Shown: positions 17,170 to 25,726, counted from the first letter of the stretch. The stretch: DNA of 32,000 bases from Breznakia sp. PF5-3 (GCF_029504745.1 NZ_JAQFIQ010000021.1:1-32000); one strand, 5' to 3'. Made by a program: numbers and translations. Notes: a model not told the origin generated them from the letters alone.

Positions 17170-17746
17170 TAATATTATAAAAGCTATAGTAGACTATCAG
17201 CCCTTTAATGAACAAGAGCAAAAAGATAAAAATTATTTTTTGGATAAGCTACAATATGAAAAGGATTTACTCACTAGGACAAATGAGAACTTTCATCTAA
17301 GTGCTTCTGCTTGGGTTGTAAACCAAAATTTTGATAAAGTATTAATGGTCTATCATAACATTTATCAAAGTTATTCTTGGAGTGGGGGACATGTAGATGG
17401 ATGTAGTGATTTAATTCATGTTGCTAGTAAGGAATTAGAAGAAGAAACGGGTATTCAAAAGTATTCTTTATTAAGCGAGGATCTTTTTGCATTCGATATT
17501 CTTGATGTGAAAAAACATAAAAAACATGGAAAGCTTATCAAAGAGCATATGCATATTAATTTTACATATTTATTTCAAGCAGATGATAAACAAGATTTAA
17601 TAATAAAGCCAGATGAAAATAGTGATGTTTGTTGGATTTCAATTCGCGAGCTAAATGATAAAGTAGAAGAAGCCTATATGTTAGATTGTTACAATAAACT
17701 TATTGAAAAAGCAAAGTTGTATAAAACAAAAAGAAAAGAAGTATAA
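17156..17746 (+). CDS. NUDIX hydrolase
   Basis: Nudix box variant GGHVDGCSDLIHVASKELEEETGI. RBS ggagga. Overlaps mutY by 14 nt. Confidence 0.8.
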   Translation: MKQIDNIIKAIVDYQPFNEQEQKDKNYFLDKLQYEKDLLTRTNENFHLSASAWVVNQNFDKVLMVYHNIYQSYSWSGGHVDGCSDLIHVASKELEEETGIQKYSLLSEDLFAFDILDVKKHKKHGKLIKEHMHINFTYLFQADDKQDLIIKPDENSDVCWISIRELNDKVEEAYMLDCYNKLIEKAKLYKTKRKEV

Positions 17747-17772
17747 ATATTATGATACTTCTTTTCTTTTTG
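17730..17772. terminator. Terminator hairpin after the NUDIX gene (homologous to 12169..12215)
   Basis: aaagaaaagaagta ... tacttcttttcttttt. The 5' arm overlaps the last codons and the stop of the NUDIX gene. Confidence 0.6.
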
Positions 17773-17899
17773 TGTGTGTTTATAAGGGGATAGAAATGTA
17801 TGTAATAGGGATAACATACATGCAAGGTAGTTACCTTGCACTATTACTATATGAAATCTAATTCATTCAATTATCATAGTTTTTTGTGAAACTATGTGA
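17758..17899 (+). repeat. Structured intergenic repeat, copy B
   Basis: See copy A (offset 5557 bp). The 18-bp palindrome here reads gcaaggtagttaccttgc (17822..17839), the exact reverse complement of the copy A version. Confidence 0.9.
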
Positions 17900-17916
17900 G
17901 CATCGATATTTGGAAC

Positions 17917-17945
17917 TTGTAAGATTATAAATTAACCGATATAAT
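17917..17945 (+). promoter_or_regulatory. Sigma-70-type promoter for degV (TTGTAA-N17-TATAAT)
   Basis: The -35 is at 17917..17922, the spacer is 17 nt, and a perfect -10 lies at 17940..17945, 24 nt upstream of the ATG. Confidence 0.6.
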
Positions 17946-17969
17946 ATATGTCATATAAGGGAGATAAAA

Positions 17970-18845
17970 ATGAAAAAATATACAATTGTAACAGACTGTA
18001 CATGTGATTTATCACTTGATCTTATCGATCGATATGATATCAAAGTAATTCCGATGGAATTTACGATCGATGATGAAAAGCATTTACATAGTGCAGATTT
18101 TAAAGTATTTAAGGAAATAAAATTTTATGATCGTCTTCGTAATGGTTCTATGGCATCTACGTCACAAATCAACCCATTCACTTATACTGAATTTTTAACA
18201 CCATATCTAGAAGCAGGGAATGATATTTTATATGTTGCCTTTTCTTCTGGATTAAGTAGTACATATGAATCATCTGTAATCGCAATCAATGAGTTAACGG
18301 AAAAGTTTCCCGAACGAAAGATTATCACAATTGACTCTTTAGCAGCTTCGGCAGGTGAAGGGCTGATGGTATATTATGCTTGCTTGAATCGTGAACAAGG
18401 GATGACAATAGAAGAAAACAAAGAATGGTTGGAAAGTCATGTGCAAAATTTTGCACATTGGTTTACAGTGGATGATTTACATCATTTGAAACGTGGAGGA
18501 CGTGTTTCAGCTGCAACAGCGATTGTTGGTTCAGCATTAAGTATTAAACCAGTCTTACATGTTGATGAGACGGGACATTTGGTAAGTATATCAAAGGCAC
18601 ATGGTAGAAAGAAATCGCTAAGTACACTAGCACAAAAATTGAAAGATACAATTTTAGAACCAAAAGGTCAAGTGATTATGATATCACATGGGGACTGTTT
18701 GGAAGATGCACAGTTTTTAAAAGATAAAATTATAGAAAGTGTTCCAGTCGCAGATGTTATTATATCTGATATTGGACCAGTGATTGGAGCTCATTCAGGA
18801 CCTGGTACAGTGGCATTGTTCTATTTTGGAAAATCTAGATATTAA
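17970..18845 (+). CDS. DegV-family fatty-acid-binding protein
   Basis: The 291-aa protein follows the DegV pattern: IVTDCTCDL, SSGLSSTYESS, HLKRGGRVS, IGAHSGPG. Confidence 0.9.
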   Translation: MKKYTIVTDCTCDLSLDLIDRYDIKVIPMEFTIDDEKHLHSADFKVFKEIKFYDRLRNGSMASTSQINPFTYTEFLTPYLEAGNDILYVAFSSGLSSTYESSVIAINELTEKFPERKIITIDSLAASAGEGLMVYYACLNREQGMTIEENKEWLESHVQNFAHWFTVDDLHHLKRGGRVSAATAIVGSALSIKPVLHVDETGHLVSISKAHGRKKSLSTLAQKLKDTILEPKGQVIMISHGDCLEDAQFLKDKIIESVPVADVIISDIGPVIGAHSGPGTVALFYFGKSRY

Positions 18846-18884
18846 AAAAAGGTTGAGAACCATATAGTGGTTCTTGACCTTTTT
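18844..18884. terminator. Bidirectional terminator between convergent degV and the binding-protein gene
   Basis: aggttgagaacca-tatag-tggttcttgacct forms a 13-bp stem (2 G-U pairs) flanked by A7 and T4. Confidence 0.7.
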
Positions 18885-20187
18885 ATTCTTTTAGTGAGGT
18901 TTCAATTTTATTTTGTAAAGAAACCATTTCCGTTTTAATATCACTTTCACTATTTATGATTCTATATATTTCATTATCAATCAAAGAAGTAACGCTTTCA
19001 AATTTTTTGAACCGATATTGTGTCTTTCCATTTTCCATTACTTCATTTAATAGATACATTTGAAATAGGCTATCCCCTGGAGTATCACTGGAAATAATAT
19101 CAATTGCTTCCTCAGATTTTGTTATCTCACGTAAAACGGATACCCCTTGTGAATGCTTAAAAATTTCTAATTGTGTTTGCTGATCATAGGATAAAAGTTT
19201 TAGTAGTTCCCAAGCTTCATCTTTATGCTTTGATTGAGCATTCATACCAATTAATAATGTATCAACCTTTGAAATGTTATCACCATTGGGACCCGAAGGA
19301 AGCATTACACAATCCCATTCAAAGTTAGAGTATTTTTTTACTTTCCAGGGATAAGGTTTATAAGTGCGATATTCAGAAAATGGCATGATACAGAAAGCAA
19401 CATTTCCTTCATCAAACATTTGTGAAGTGACATGAACATTGTCATTCAATTCGTTTAATTGTCGTAAAAATCGAATTGATTCAATCGCGTTGGTATTATT
19501 GAAATCATTAACGTCTTCTTTTTCATCAAAAAGAGCAATTCCATTTGCAAACATAGCATCTTCCCATGTGTATCCATAAACGCCAAATTGATCTATTTTT
19601 CCATCATTATCTGTATCTTTTGATACCTTTTTACAAATTTCATAAAAATCATTCCATGTCCAATTATTGTTAGGTAGTGAAATACCTTCCTTCTCTAATA
19701 ATGACTTATTTACAAAGACAAGGTTAGGAACACTTTCATAGGGTAATGCATACATATGGTTATTATCCATTCCAGTAGCGTAAGAGGAAGGGTAATAGGC
19801 TTCTGTATCAAAATTATTATCATTAGCAATATAAGAGTCTAAGTTTTCAAGTAAACCAACTTGATGAAAGGTTGTAAAATCATCAGATAGAACAAAGAAA
19901 ATATCAGGTGCATCACCATTTAAAGTTTCCCCTGCTAACCACTCTGAATAATCACTTTTTCTAATCCCGCTCATAAATTTTACACGAACATTAGGATGTT
20001 CCTTTTCGTAGCGCTCTATAACATTTTGAACAATTTGATAAGAGTCTGCCGTAGGGACATCCCAATTACTTCCCGCAAAAACCCCAATGGTAATTACTTT
20101 ATGAGAACTTTGGATGATCGCATATCCAACTCCAACGCATAAACAGATAGCAATTGCTATAATTGATATTATATATTTTCGTTTCAT
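18883..20187 (-). CDS. Extracellular solute-binding protein, family 1 (sugar-ABC type), N-terminally membrane anchored
   Basis: N-terminal hydrophobic anchor KYIISIIAIAICLCVGVGYAII. The family-1 SBP pattern is present (EKEHPNVRVKF...GDAPDIFFV...GLLENLDSYI). The start overlaps the response regulator stop (ATGA). Confidence 0.8.
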   Translation of the reverse strand: MKRKYIISIIAIAICLCVGVGYAIIQSSHKVITIGVFAGSNWDVPTADSYQIVQNVIERYEKEHPNVRVKFMSGIRKSDYSEWLAGETLNGDAPDIFFVLSDDFTTFHQVGLLENLDSYIANDNNFDTEAYYPSSYATGMDNNHMYALPYESVPNLVFVNKSLLEKEGISLPNNNWTWNDFYEICKKVSKDTDNDGKIDQFGVYGYTWEDAMFANGIALFDEKEDVNDFNNTNAIESIRFLRQLNELNDNVHVTSQMFDEGNVAFCIMPFSEYRTYKPYPWKVKKYSNFEWDCVMLPSGPNGDNISKVDTLLIGMNAQSKHKDEAWELLKLLSYDQQTQLEIFKHSQGVSVLREITKSEEAIDIISSDTPGDSLFQMYLLNEVMENGKTQYRFKKFESVTSLIDNEIYRIINSESDIKTEMVSLQNKIETSLKE

Positions 20188-20858
20188 TCGTGTGAACTAT
20201 TTTTGCGATTTCCGCTTTGTAGATACCAAATTGCCAACTGCGTGCGATCGCGAAGTTGTAATTTGTCTAGAATAATACTTAAGTAATTGCGAATAGTACC
20301 TTCTGTAAAATGAAGTTCATGAGCAATTTCTTTATTTGAAAGACCTAAACCAACCTTTTCGATTACTTGCCATTCTTTATCACTTAAATTTTGAACACCA
20401 CTTTCATCAGTTTGGATATTTACTTGGCTATGATTTGCCATTTCTGAAAATAAGTTGATAGCCTTTGTTGCAACATTAGGATGAATGATGGAACCACCAT
20501 TATGCACTGTTTTAATAGCAGAAGTTAGTTCATTAGGAGATACTTCTTTCAATAAATATCCATCTGCTCCATATTTTAATGCGTTATAGATATATTCATC
20601 ATCATCAAAAGTAGTCAACAAAATGATTTGAATATCAGGATACGTTTCTTTGATGATCTTTGTACACTGCACACCATCCATCTCAGGCATTCTAATATCC
20701 ATTAGAATTAGATCAGGTTTCTTTTTTTGGATACTATTTAATACCTCAGCACCTGTTTTAACTAAATCAATAACTTGAAAATCATCTTTTGCATTCAATA
20801 AGATATTTAAACTTTCTCTAATTAATTCTTGATCATCCGCAATAATAATATTAATCAT
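20184..20858 (-). CDS. Response regulator, NarL/LuxR (FixJ) family
   Basis: Receiver domain (IIADDQ, phospho-acceptor in LILMDIRMPEMDG) plus a C-terminal LuxR-type HTH (LSDKEWQVIEKVGLGLSNKEIAHELHFTEGTIRNYLSIILDKL). Confidence 0.92.
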   Translation of the reverse strand: MINIIIADDQELIRESLNILLNAKDDFQVIDLVKTGAEVLNSIQKKKPDLILMDIRMPEMDGVQCTKIIKETYPDIQIILLTTFDDDEYIYNALKYGADGYLLKEVSPNELTSAIKTVHNGGSIIHPNVATKAINLFSEMANHSQVNIQTDESGVQNLSDKEWQVIEKVGLGLSNKEIAHELHFTEGTIRNYLSIILDKLQLRDRTQLAIWYLQSGNRKNSSHE

Positions 20859-22167
20859 TCATATTCTCCTTCCGCAGTGGAATTTCAGCGACCACAACAA
20901 ACCCATCTAGACCATAGACACGCATCGTTCCATTCAACAAATCAATTCTCTCTTTCATATGATGTAAACCAAATCCATACTGTATTTTTTTACTTCCGAT
21001 TCCATTATCTTCAATTAATAATATTATATTATTGTTATCCAGTGCAATCGAAACAAATATTTTTGTTGCATTCCCATGTCGAACGGAGTTTGTTATAGAT
21101 TCCTGAATAATACGATAAATAGTATCTTCTTCATCAGGTTCAAAAGCTAAGGTTGGCATATGGCAAGCAAAGCGTATTTCAATATCAGAAAGTAATTGAA
21201 AATCGGCAATCATCTGTTCAATGGCTTCTTTTAAAGTATGTCTTTCAAGGGCATCAGGACGTAGCTTGTTGACTGATCGACGTACATCGGTAAGACCTTG
21301 TCTAGCCGTTTTAGATAAACGCTCTAATTGCTTTTTAGATGCCTCTGGATTATCATCAAGTAACATCATTGATGCATCAATGCCCATAGACAAACCAGTT
21401 AGTGTATGCCCTAAAGTATCATGTATTTCTCTAGCCAAACGATTTCGTTCTTTTGTTTCTCCCATTTTTTCTTGAATACTTGCATATTCTTGTAATTGTT
21501 TATTCAAAAGCTGTAATTCACTATTTAATTGTAAAACCCTTCTACTTTCATTTACTTCTTTTAAAATCATCATCACCATGATTAATAAAAATAAAACAAT
21601 GCTAATCGTATTTAATGAATTCATAATTACATTTAAAATATTTTGTGTATCACTACCAAAAAAAGAAGTATAATCATTAAATGAAACCATTGGTATAAAA
21701 GATAACAGATTGAAATTACATAGCATATAAATAATAACAGTAATGAATAAATATAAATAACGTTTTTCATTAAACCTAGCATATACAAAAAAATTGGTCA
21801 TTACTAGTAGTAAGATGGAATTATTTGCAAAACTGGTATAGTACATAATAATCATGCTTAAGGAAATTACTGTGATATAAATAAAAACATTCATGAAACG
21901 TGTTAATTCTTGAATTTTTTTGATTTGTAGCAAACATAATAAAATGCCAAATGAAATAATAGAAAAGACAATTATTTGATAGGGTGGAGAAGGAGGTAAG
22001 GTACTTAATTTTTCCAAAAAATAAAGTGAAGAATGATTATCAATCATTCTTTGGATACAAATGTACATAACTCCAGAAATAAAAGAAATGATAATGAAGT
22101 TAATACAGCATAGAACTAGATATGCCAAATCCAGGCGCTGATTAAGTTTATTTGTATTATTTTTCAT
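20851..22167 (-). CDS. Sensor histidine kinase, HisKA_3 type, with a ~6-TM N-terminal domain and no sizeable extracytoplasmic domain
   Basis: H-box REIHDTLGHTLT, ATPase motifs ITNSVRHGNA, EDNGIG, GFGLHHM, and about six hydrophobic helices in the first ~200 aa. I prefer ATG 22167 (gaagggtgg-N8) to the GTG at 22179. Confidence 0.9.
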   Translation of the reverse strand: MKNNTNKLNQRLDLAYLVLCCINFIIISFISGVMYICIQRMIDNHSSLYFLEKLSTLPPSPPYQIIVFSIISFGILLCLLQIKKIQELTRFMNVFIYITVISLSMIIMYYTSFANNSILLLVMTNFFVYARFNEKRYLYLFITVIIYMLCNFNLLSFIPMVSFNDYTSFFGSDTQNILNVIMNSLNTISIVLFLLIMVMMILKEVNESRRVLQLNSELQLLNKQLQEYASIQEKMGETKERNRLAREIHDTLGHTLTGLSMGIDASMMLLDDNPEASKKQLERLSKTARQGLTDVRRSVNKLRPDALERHTLKEAIEQMIADFQLLSDIEIRFACHMPTLAFEPDEEDTIYRIIQESITNSVRHGNATKIFVSIALDNNNIILLIEDNGIGSKKIQYGFGLHHMKERIDLLNGTMRVYGLDGFVVVAEIPLRKENMND

Positions 22168-22169
22168 AA

Positions 22170-23180
22170 TTACTGCCACCCTTCGATTGTATAATTATGA
22201 ATCGTTTCTTTGGTGATCAACTCTACATCGATGAGTTCTGTTTTTTGTGGTATATCATCATTTAGTAGTTGGTATCCGATTTCAGCTGCCCTTCTACCCA
22301 TTCTGATGGGAGATTGAGCAACGGTACCACGCATTTTATTATCTCGAATTAATGCTTTTGTCTCTGGTGTGCCATCAACTCCATAAACTAGAATGCCATC
22401 TAATAGGTCATGTTCTTGAAGCGCGGCCATTGCACCCATTGCACTAGGGTCATTTAAAGCCATAACAACATCAAATTTAATTCCTTCTTCAATCGCTTCA
22501 TTTACGATAGGTGTTGCATTTTCTAATTGTCCCTCACAGTTTTTCCGATAAACAATATGGTAATGTTCAGGGTCAATTGTATCTGTAAAACCTTGAATCC
22601 GTTGGATAGCAGATTGTACATTGCTATGTTCTAACAGCAAGATGTTTGCTTCATCTAATTGTGACATCATATCTTCAGCAGCTTGAACACCAGCATTGTA
22701 ATTATCAGAAACAACTGTATAAGACACTAGTTCATCGTCTTTAATATTTGTATCCACTACGACGACTTTCACATTTTCTTCTTTGCAACGTTTTAATACA
22801 TCACTTAATCCTTCCCAATCAATTGGATTCACAAAAAGAACTTCAATCCCTTTATCAAGCATATAATTAATTTGCTTGATTTGCTCATCCAATGACAATG
22901 CTGGATCTAATGTAATAAGAATATCACCGTTTGCTTCCACCACACTTTTTATTTCATCGTTTATAATTTCAAAAAAAGGGTTGTTCATAGTCATATAGGA
23001 AGCACCAAAGTAAACAGGTTCTTTGATACGGTCTTTAATATGCGTTTTTGAATAACTATCAAAACTCAGCAAGCCAATTACAGTAATGGCAAGCGTAAGA
23101 ATAATAATTGCTACAGCTTTAAAAGAAAAAGAGCTATTATTTACCATCTTTAAAAAGGCCTCCTTTTTCTTTTTTATCAT
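22170..23180 (-). CDS. Type-I periplasmic-binding-protein (RbsB/LacI-fold) sugar-binding protein, membrane anchored
   Basis: N-terminal TM helix FKAVAIIILTLAITVIGLL without a lipobox Cys. PBP1 pattern is present (YFGASYMTMNNPFF, GIEVLFVNP, VKVVVVDT, VMALNDPSAMGA, VYGVDGTPE). RBS aggagg. Confidence 0.85.
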   Translation of the reverse strand: MIKKKKEAFLKMVNNSSFSFKAVAIIILTLAITVIGLLSFDSYSKTHIKDRIKEPVYFGASYMTMNNPFFEIINDEIKSVVEANGDILITLDPALSLDEQIKQINYMLDKGIEVLFVNPIDWEGLSDVLKRCKEENVKVVVVDTNIKDDELVSYTVVSDNYNAGVQAAEDMMSQLDEANILLLEHSNVQSAIQRIQGFTDTIDPEHYHIVYRKNCEGQLENATPIVNEAIEEGIKFDVVMALNDPSAMGAMAALQEHDLLDGILVYGVDGTPETKALIRDNKMRGTVAQSPIRMGRRAAEIGYQLLNDDIPQKTELIDVELITKETIHNYTIEGWQ

Positions 23181-23207
23181 ACCATATTTCCTCCTGTTAA
23201 TACATTT

Positions 23208-23235
23208 AAAACAAGTCTATAAACCGACTTGTTTT
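23208..23235 (-). promoter_or_regulatory. Perfect 10-bp stem-loop in the leader of the binding-protein/TCS operon (possible attenuator or insulator terminator)
   Basis: aaaacaagtc-tataaacc-gacttgtttt lies ~25 nt upstream of the operon RBS. It is U-rich on both flanks. Confidence 0.35.
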
Positions 23236-23360
23236 TACGAAAATAAATTGTATATTTTGTTAAACAATACAGCTTATGAATGCTTATATCATTATTATAG
23301 TAAAGGAAAAAGGCTAAAACACTTGATGGATGTCATTGATTTCTTTGACAATTGTCATAA

Positions 23361-23717
23361 ATGTTGAAATATAAATATGGTATTATTATGTATATGATGA
23401 CAATCATTACCTTTTTATTATTTTTACAAGTATATGCTTTTTTATCTAGCTTGGTAACTTTAGCAATCTTTTTCGTATATAAATTTATGCGATACCCAAA
23501 CTACGATATAGATCGTTTTTTTCTTGTTGTAAATCGAAATGTGCTACTTCTTTTACTTGGTAGTGGTGAGATTATACAATGCTCTTTAGCAGCATTTTTT
23601 GTTTACTATTGGTATGGCAGTGTTAAAATAACCAGTGTTTTTATAGTGATTGTTGTTATTTTTTCGATTATAAAGTTCTACTATTTACAAAAACATAAAA
23701 ATTATGACGGCAGTTAA
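23361..23717 (+). CDS. Hypothetical small membrane protein (3-4 TM)
   Basis: The ORF encodes several hydrophobic helices and is followed directly by a terminator. No clear RBS is visible, and the true start may be one of the ATGs at 23388-23399. Confidence 0.45.
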   Translation: MLKYKYGIIMYMMTIITFLLFLQVYAFLSSLVTLAIFFVYKFMRYPNYDIDRFFLVVNRNVLLLLLGSGEIIQCSLAAFFVYYWYGSVKITSVFIVIVVIFSIIKFYYLQKHKNYDGS

Positions 23718-23739
23718 AAAAAGAGCATTCGCTCTTTTT
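23716..23739. terminator. Bidirectional terminator between convergent genes
   Basis: aaaaaaagagc-attc-gctcttttt. Confidence 0.6.
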
Positions 23740-23947
23740 AATTTGTGAAGAAGTCAAGGATGTTCCATCCATCACTTGTTTGACCTTTATATAGTTCTGT
23801 AAATCCACACTGTGTACAAGAAATTGTTATGAATTTCTTGTTTTGAACATCAAATATTTTAGCGAAGTTTCCTCCAGTAGCTTGAAATTGATCATGCTCA
23901 TAAGATGTATTTCCACATTTAGGACAAACATAAGGTTTCTTTTCCAT
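23738..23947 (-). CDS. Zinc-ribbon protein (DUF2082-like, putative nucleic-acid-binding)
   Basis: Two CxxC pairs (CPKCGN ... CTQCGF) surround the TGGNFAKIFDVQNKKF core typical of this small family. RBS aaggagatt. Confidence 0.7.
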   Translation of the reverse strand: MEKKPYVCPKCGNTSYEHDQFQATGGNFAKIFDVQNKKFITISCTQCGFTELYKGQTSDGWNILDFFTN

Positions 23948-24002
23948 TGGATAATCTCCTTTCCTTACGATATTTCTAATATAACATACAAGAAAGAAAA
24001 AA

Positions 24003-24923
24003 TTAAACTTTTTCTTCCTCTAATATAATATTTTCCTTTGCTGGAGTAGCTTTCTTTTCTGACAAATATAAACCTAGCAATGTACAGATTGTTCCAACAA
24101 CAATTGACCAGGTAAGTGGTTCATTTAAAATGATTGCTGAAAAAGCAACGGTAACAACAGGAACTAAATAAATATAAGCACTAGAACGCAATGCTCCTAA
24201 AACTTTAATTGTATAATTCCAAGAAACAAAACATACTGCTGAGGCACCAAACCCCAAATACAATAAGTTTAATACCATAATAGGATCACTAAACTTATCT
24301 GGTGTGATATGAAAATCCAAAAAGAATAAGAAAGGAATCATAAAGAGGATACCGAAACTAAAGATTCGTCTTGTTGATTGAATGGTTGTATATTCAAAGG
24401 TACTAATTCGTTTCATGATGATAGAGTAAAAAGCCCAGACAATGGCTGCAAGGATAGCAAGAATATCACCAATAGGGTTCACTGTAAGTGCAGAAGAGCC
24501 ATTAAAACTGATAAGAAAAATACCAAGTATTGCAATGATAAAACCCAGCATGAAATTGCGATGAATCTTTGCATCCTTAATTAAGATATGAGCTAAGATG
24601 GCAGTGAAGAAAGGTGCAGTTGATACGATTACACCAATATTTGAAGCAAGGGAATATGTTAATGCTATATTTTCAAATAGAAAATATAATGTAACTCCAC
24701 TTAACCCAGCCCCGATGAAATAGAGGTTGTGTCTTTTATCTTTTATTTGCATTCGCTTTGGTTGAATAATATAAAGAGCAATCAAACCGATACAAAAGCG
24801 TATAAACAAGATTTCGATTGGAGTAAAGGTATCAAGTAAAACTTTTGTGGAAATAAAAGTAGACCCCCAAATAATGACTGTGAAGATAGCTGTGATATGT
24901 GCGAAGTATTTTGAGTTTAACAT
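24003..24923 (-). CDS. DMT superfamily (EamA-type) transporter
   Basis: Ten predicted TM helices in two EamA halves. I prefer ATG 24923 (ggagg-N5) to the upstream ATG at 24935. Confidence 0.85.
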   Translation of the reverse strand: MLNSKYFAHITAIFTVIIWGSTFISTKVLLDTFTPIEILFIRFCIGLIALYIIQPKRMQIKDKRHNLYFIGAGLSGVTLYFLFENIALTYSLASNIGVIVSTAPFFTAILAHILIKDAKIHRNFMLGFIIAILGIFLISFNGSSALTVNPIGDILAILAAIVWAFYSIIMKRISTFEYTTIQSTRRIFSFGILFMIPFLFFLDFHITPDKFSDPIMVLNLLYLGFGASAVCFVSWNYTIKVLGALRSSAYIYLVPVVTVAFSAIILNEPLTWSIVVGTICTLLGLYLSEKKATPAKENIILEEEKV

Positions 24924-24983
24924 TGCGTCCTCCATTTTGTATAATATAAGAATTATACTATTTTTCGAACAAATAAACTAGAT

Positions 24984-25008
24984 AAAAAAATAACCTTTAC
25001 TAAGGTTA
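24984..25008 (-). terminator. Rho-independent terminator after the 111-aa gene
   Basis: On the minus strand: taacctt-agta-aaggtta followed by T7. Confidence 0.65.
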
Positions 25009-25020
25009 CTTTATTTCTTA

Positions 25021-25356
25021 TTAATCATAAATTGTAAAACCTTCTTGAAGAAATACTTCATTAAAGGAATCTAATAATAATCGTTCATGATGGCTATGTT
25101 GGTATACATCTTCTTTTGGTGCTCCACCAATAGCGACATGTGCTTCGATATTGTTGTTTTCAATATCAAATGTTATTAGAAACATAAGGTTACTTTCATC
25201 ATCATGATGTTCACCTATGATATTGATTAAAACATTATCTAATGTCATTTTTGATGAAAGAATACGTCTTCGATTTGTAATAGGTAACTTATCTTGAATT
25301 GCTTTCACTTTGTTTGCAAGGCGTTCTCCTTCATATTGATAATATTGGTTAATCAT
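25021..25356 (-). CDS. Hypothetical protein (111 aa), no family recognised
   Basis: aaaaaggggg-N7-ATG at 25356 gives MINQYYQYEGERL... The ORF-track start at 25410 lacks an RBS. Confidence 0.6.
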   Translation of the reverse strand: MINQYYQYEGERLANKVKAIQDKLPITNRRRILSSKMTLDNVLINIIGEHHDDESNLMFLITFDIENNNIEAHVAIGGAPKEDVYQHSHHERLLLDSFNEVFLQEGFTIYD

Positions 25357-25435
25357 AAATATCCCCCTTTTTCTTTCCAGCTTTATCATATCATTAAACG
25401 CTAGTTTCATCTATTGAGGTACATGGATAAAATAA

Positions 25436-25542
25436 AAAGTCATTGGCTTAGGGGAACCAATGACTTTAAACTTCTATTTTTAGAGGGAACTATCTGAATA
25501 TTAATACTTTAGTAAAATCATTATGAGAAAAATTAAGGGAAC
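25436..25542. promoter_or_regulatory. Perfect 11-bp hairpin plus three TTAxGGGAAC motifs in a divergent intergenic region
   Basis: Hairpin aaagtcattgg-cttaggggaa-ccaatgacttt (25436..25467). GGGAAC occurs at 25452, 25485 and 25537, each preceded by TTA(G/GA/A). Confidence 0.4.
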
Positions 25543-25665
25543 AAATTAATATTCATTAATAGAAGTTTCTCCACTTTCCTATTATATAAGTGGTATCTAT
25601 ATAATATCATAAAATAGGATATTGTCATTTCTAACGCACGAAAGAATAAAAAAGTTTTTAGGGCA

Positions 25666-25674
25666 TGTTATAAT
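25666..25674 (+). promoter_or_regulatory. Extended -10 element (TGtTATAAT) upstream of the YjbR-like gene
   Basis: Lies 52 nt upstream of ATG 25727. No good -35 element is present. Confidence 0.45.
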
Positions 25675-25726
25675 GGGGTTAATATATATTATGTGATGCT
25701 ATTTATATTATATAGAAAGGACTTAT

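Noticed and set aside
20829-21475. Plus-strand ORFs 20829..21098 and 21221..21475.
   Set aside because: They are antisense to well-supported kinase and regulator genes and have no RBS.
23086-23367. Plus-strand ORF of 93 aa across the operon promoter region.
   Set aside because: It overlaps the N-terminus of the PBP1 gene in antisense and spans a hairpin and promoter-like DNA. No RBS is present.
23738-25410. The small zinc-ribbon protein and the 111-aa unknown protein were considered as a toxin-antitoxin or defence pair.
   Set aside because: The genes are separated by an EamA transporter with its own terminator and promoter and are not co-transcribed. Neither shows recognisable toxin, antitoxin, nuclease or NTPase motifs.
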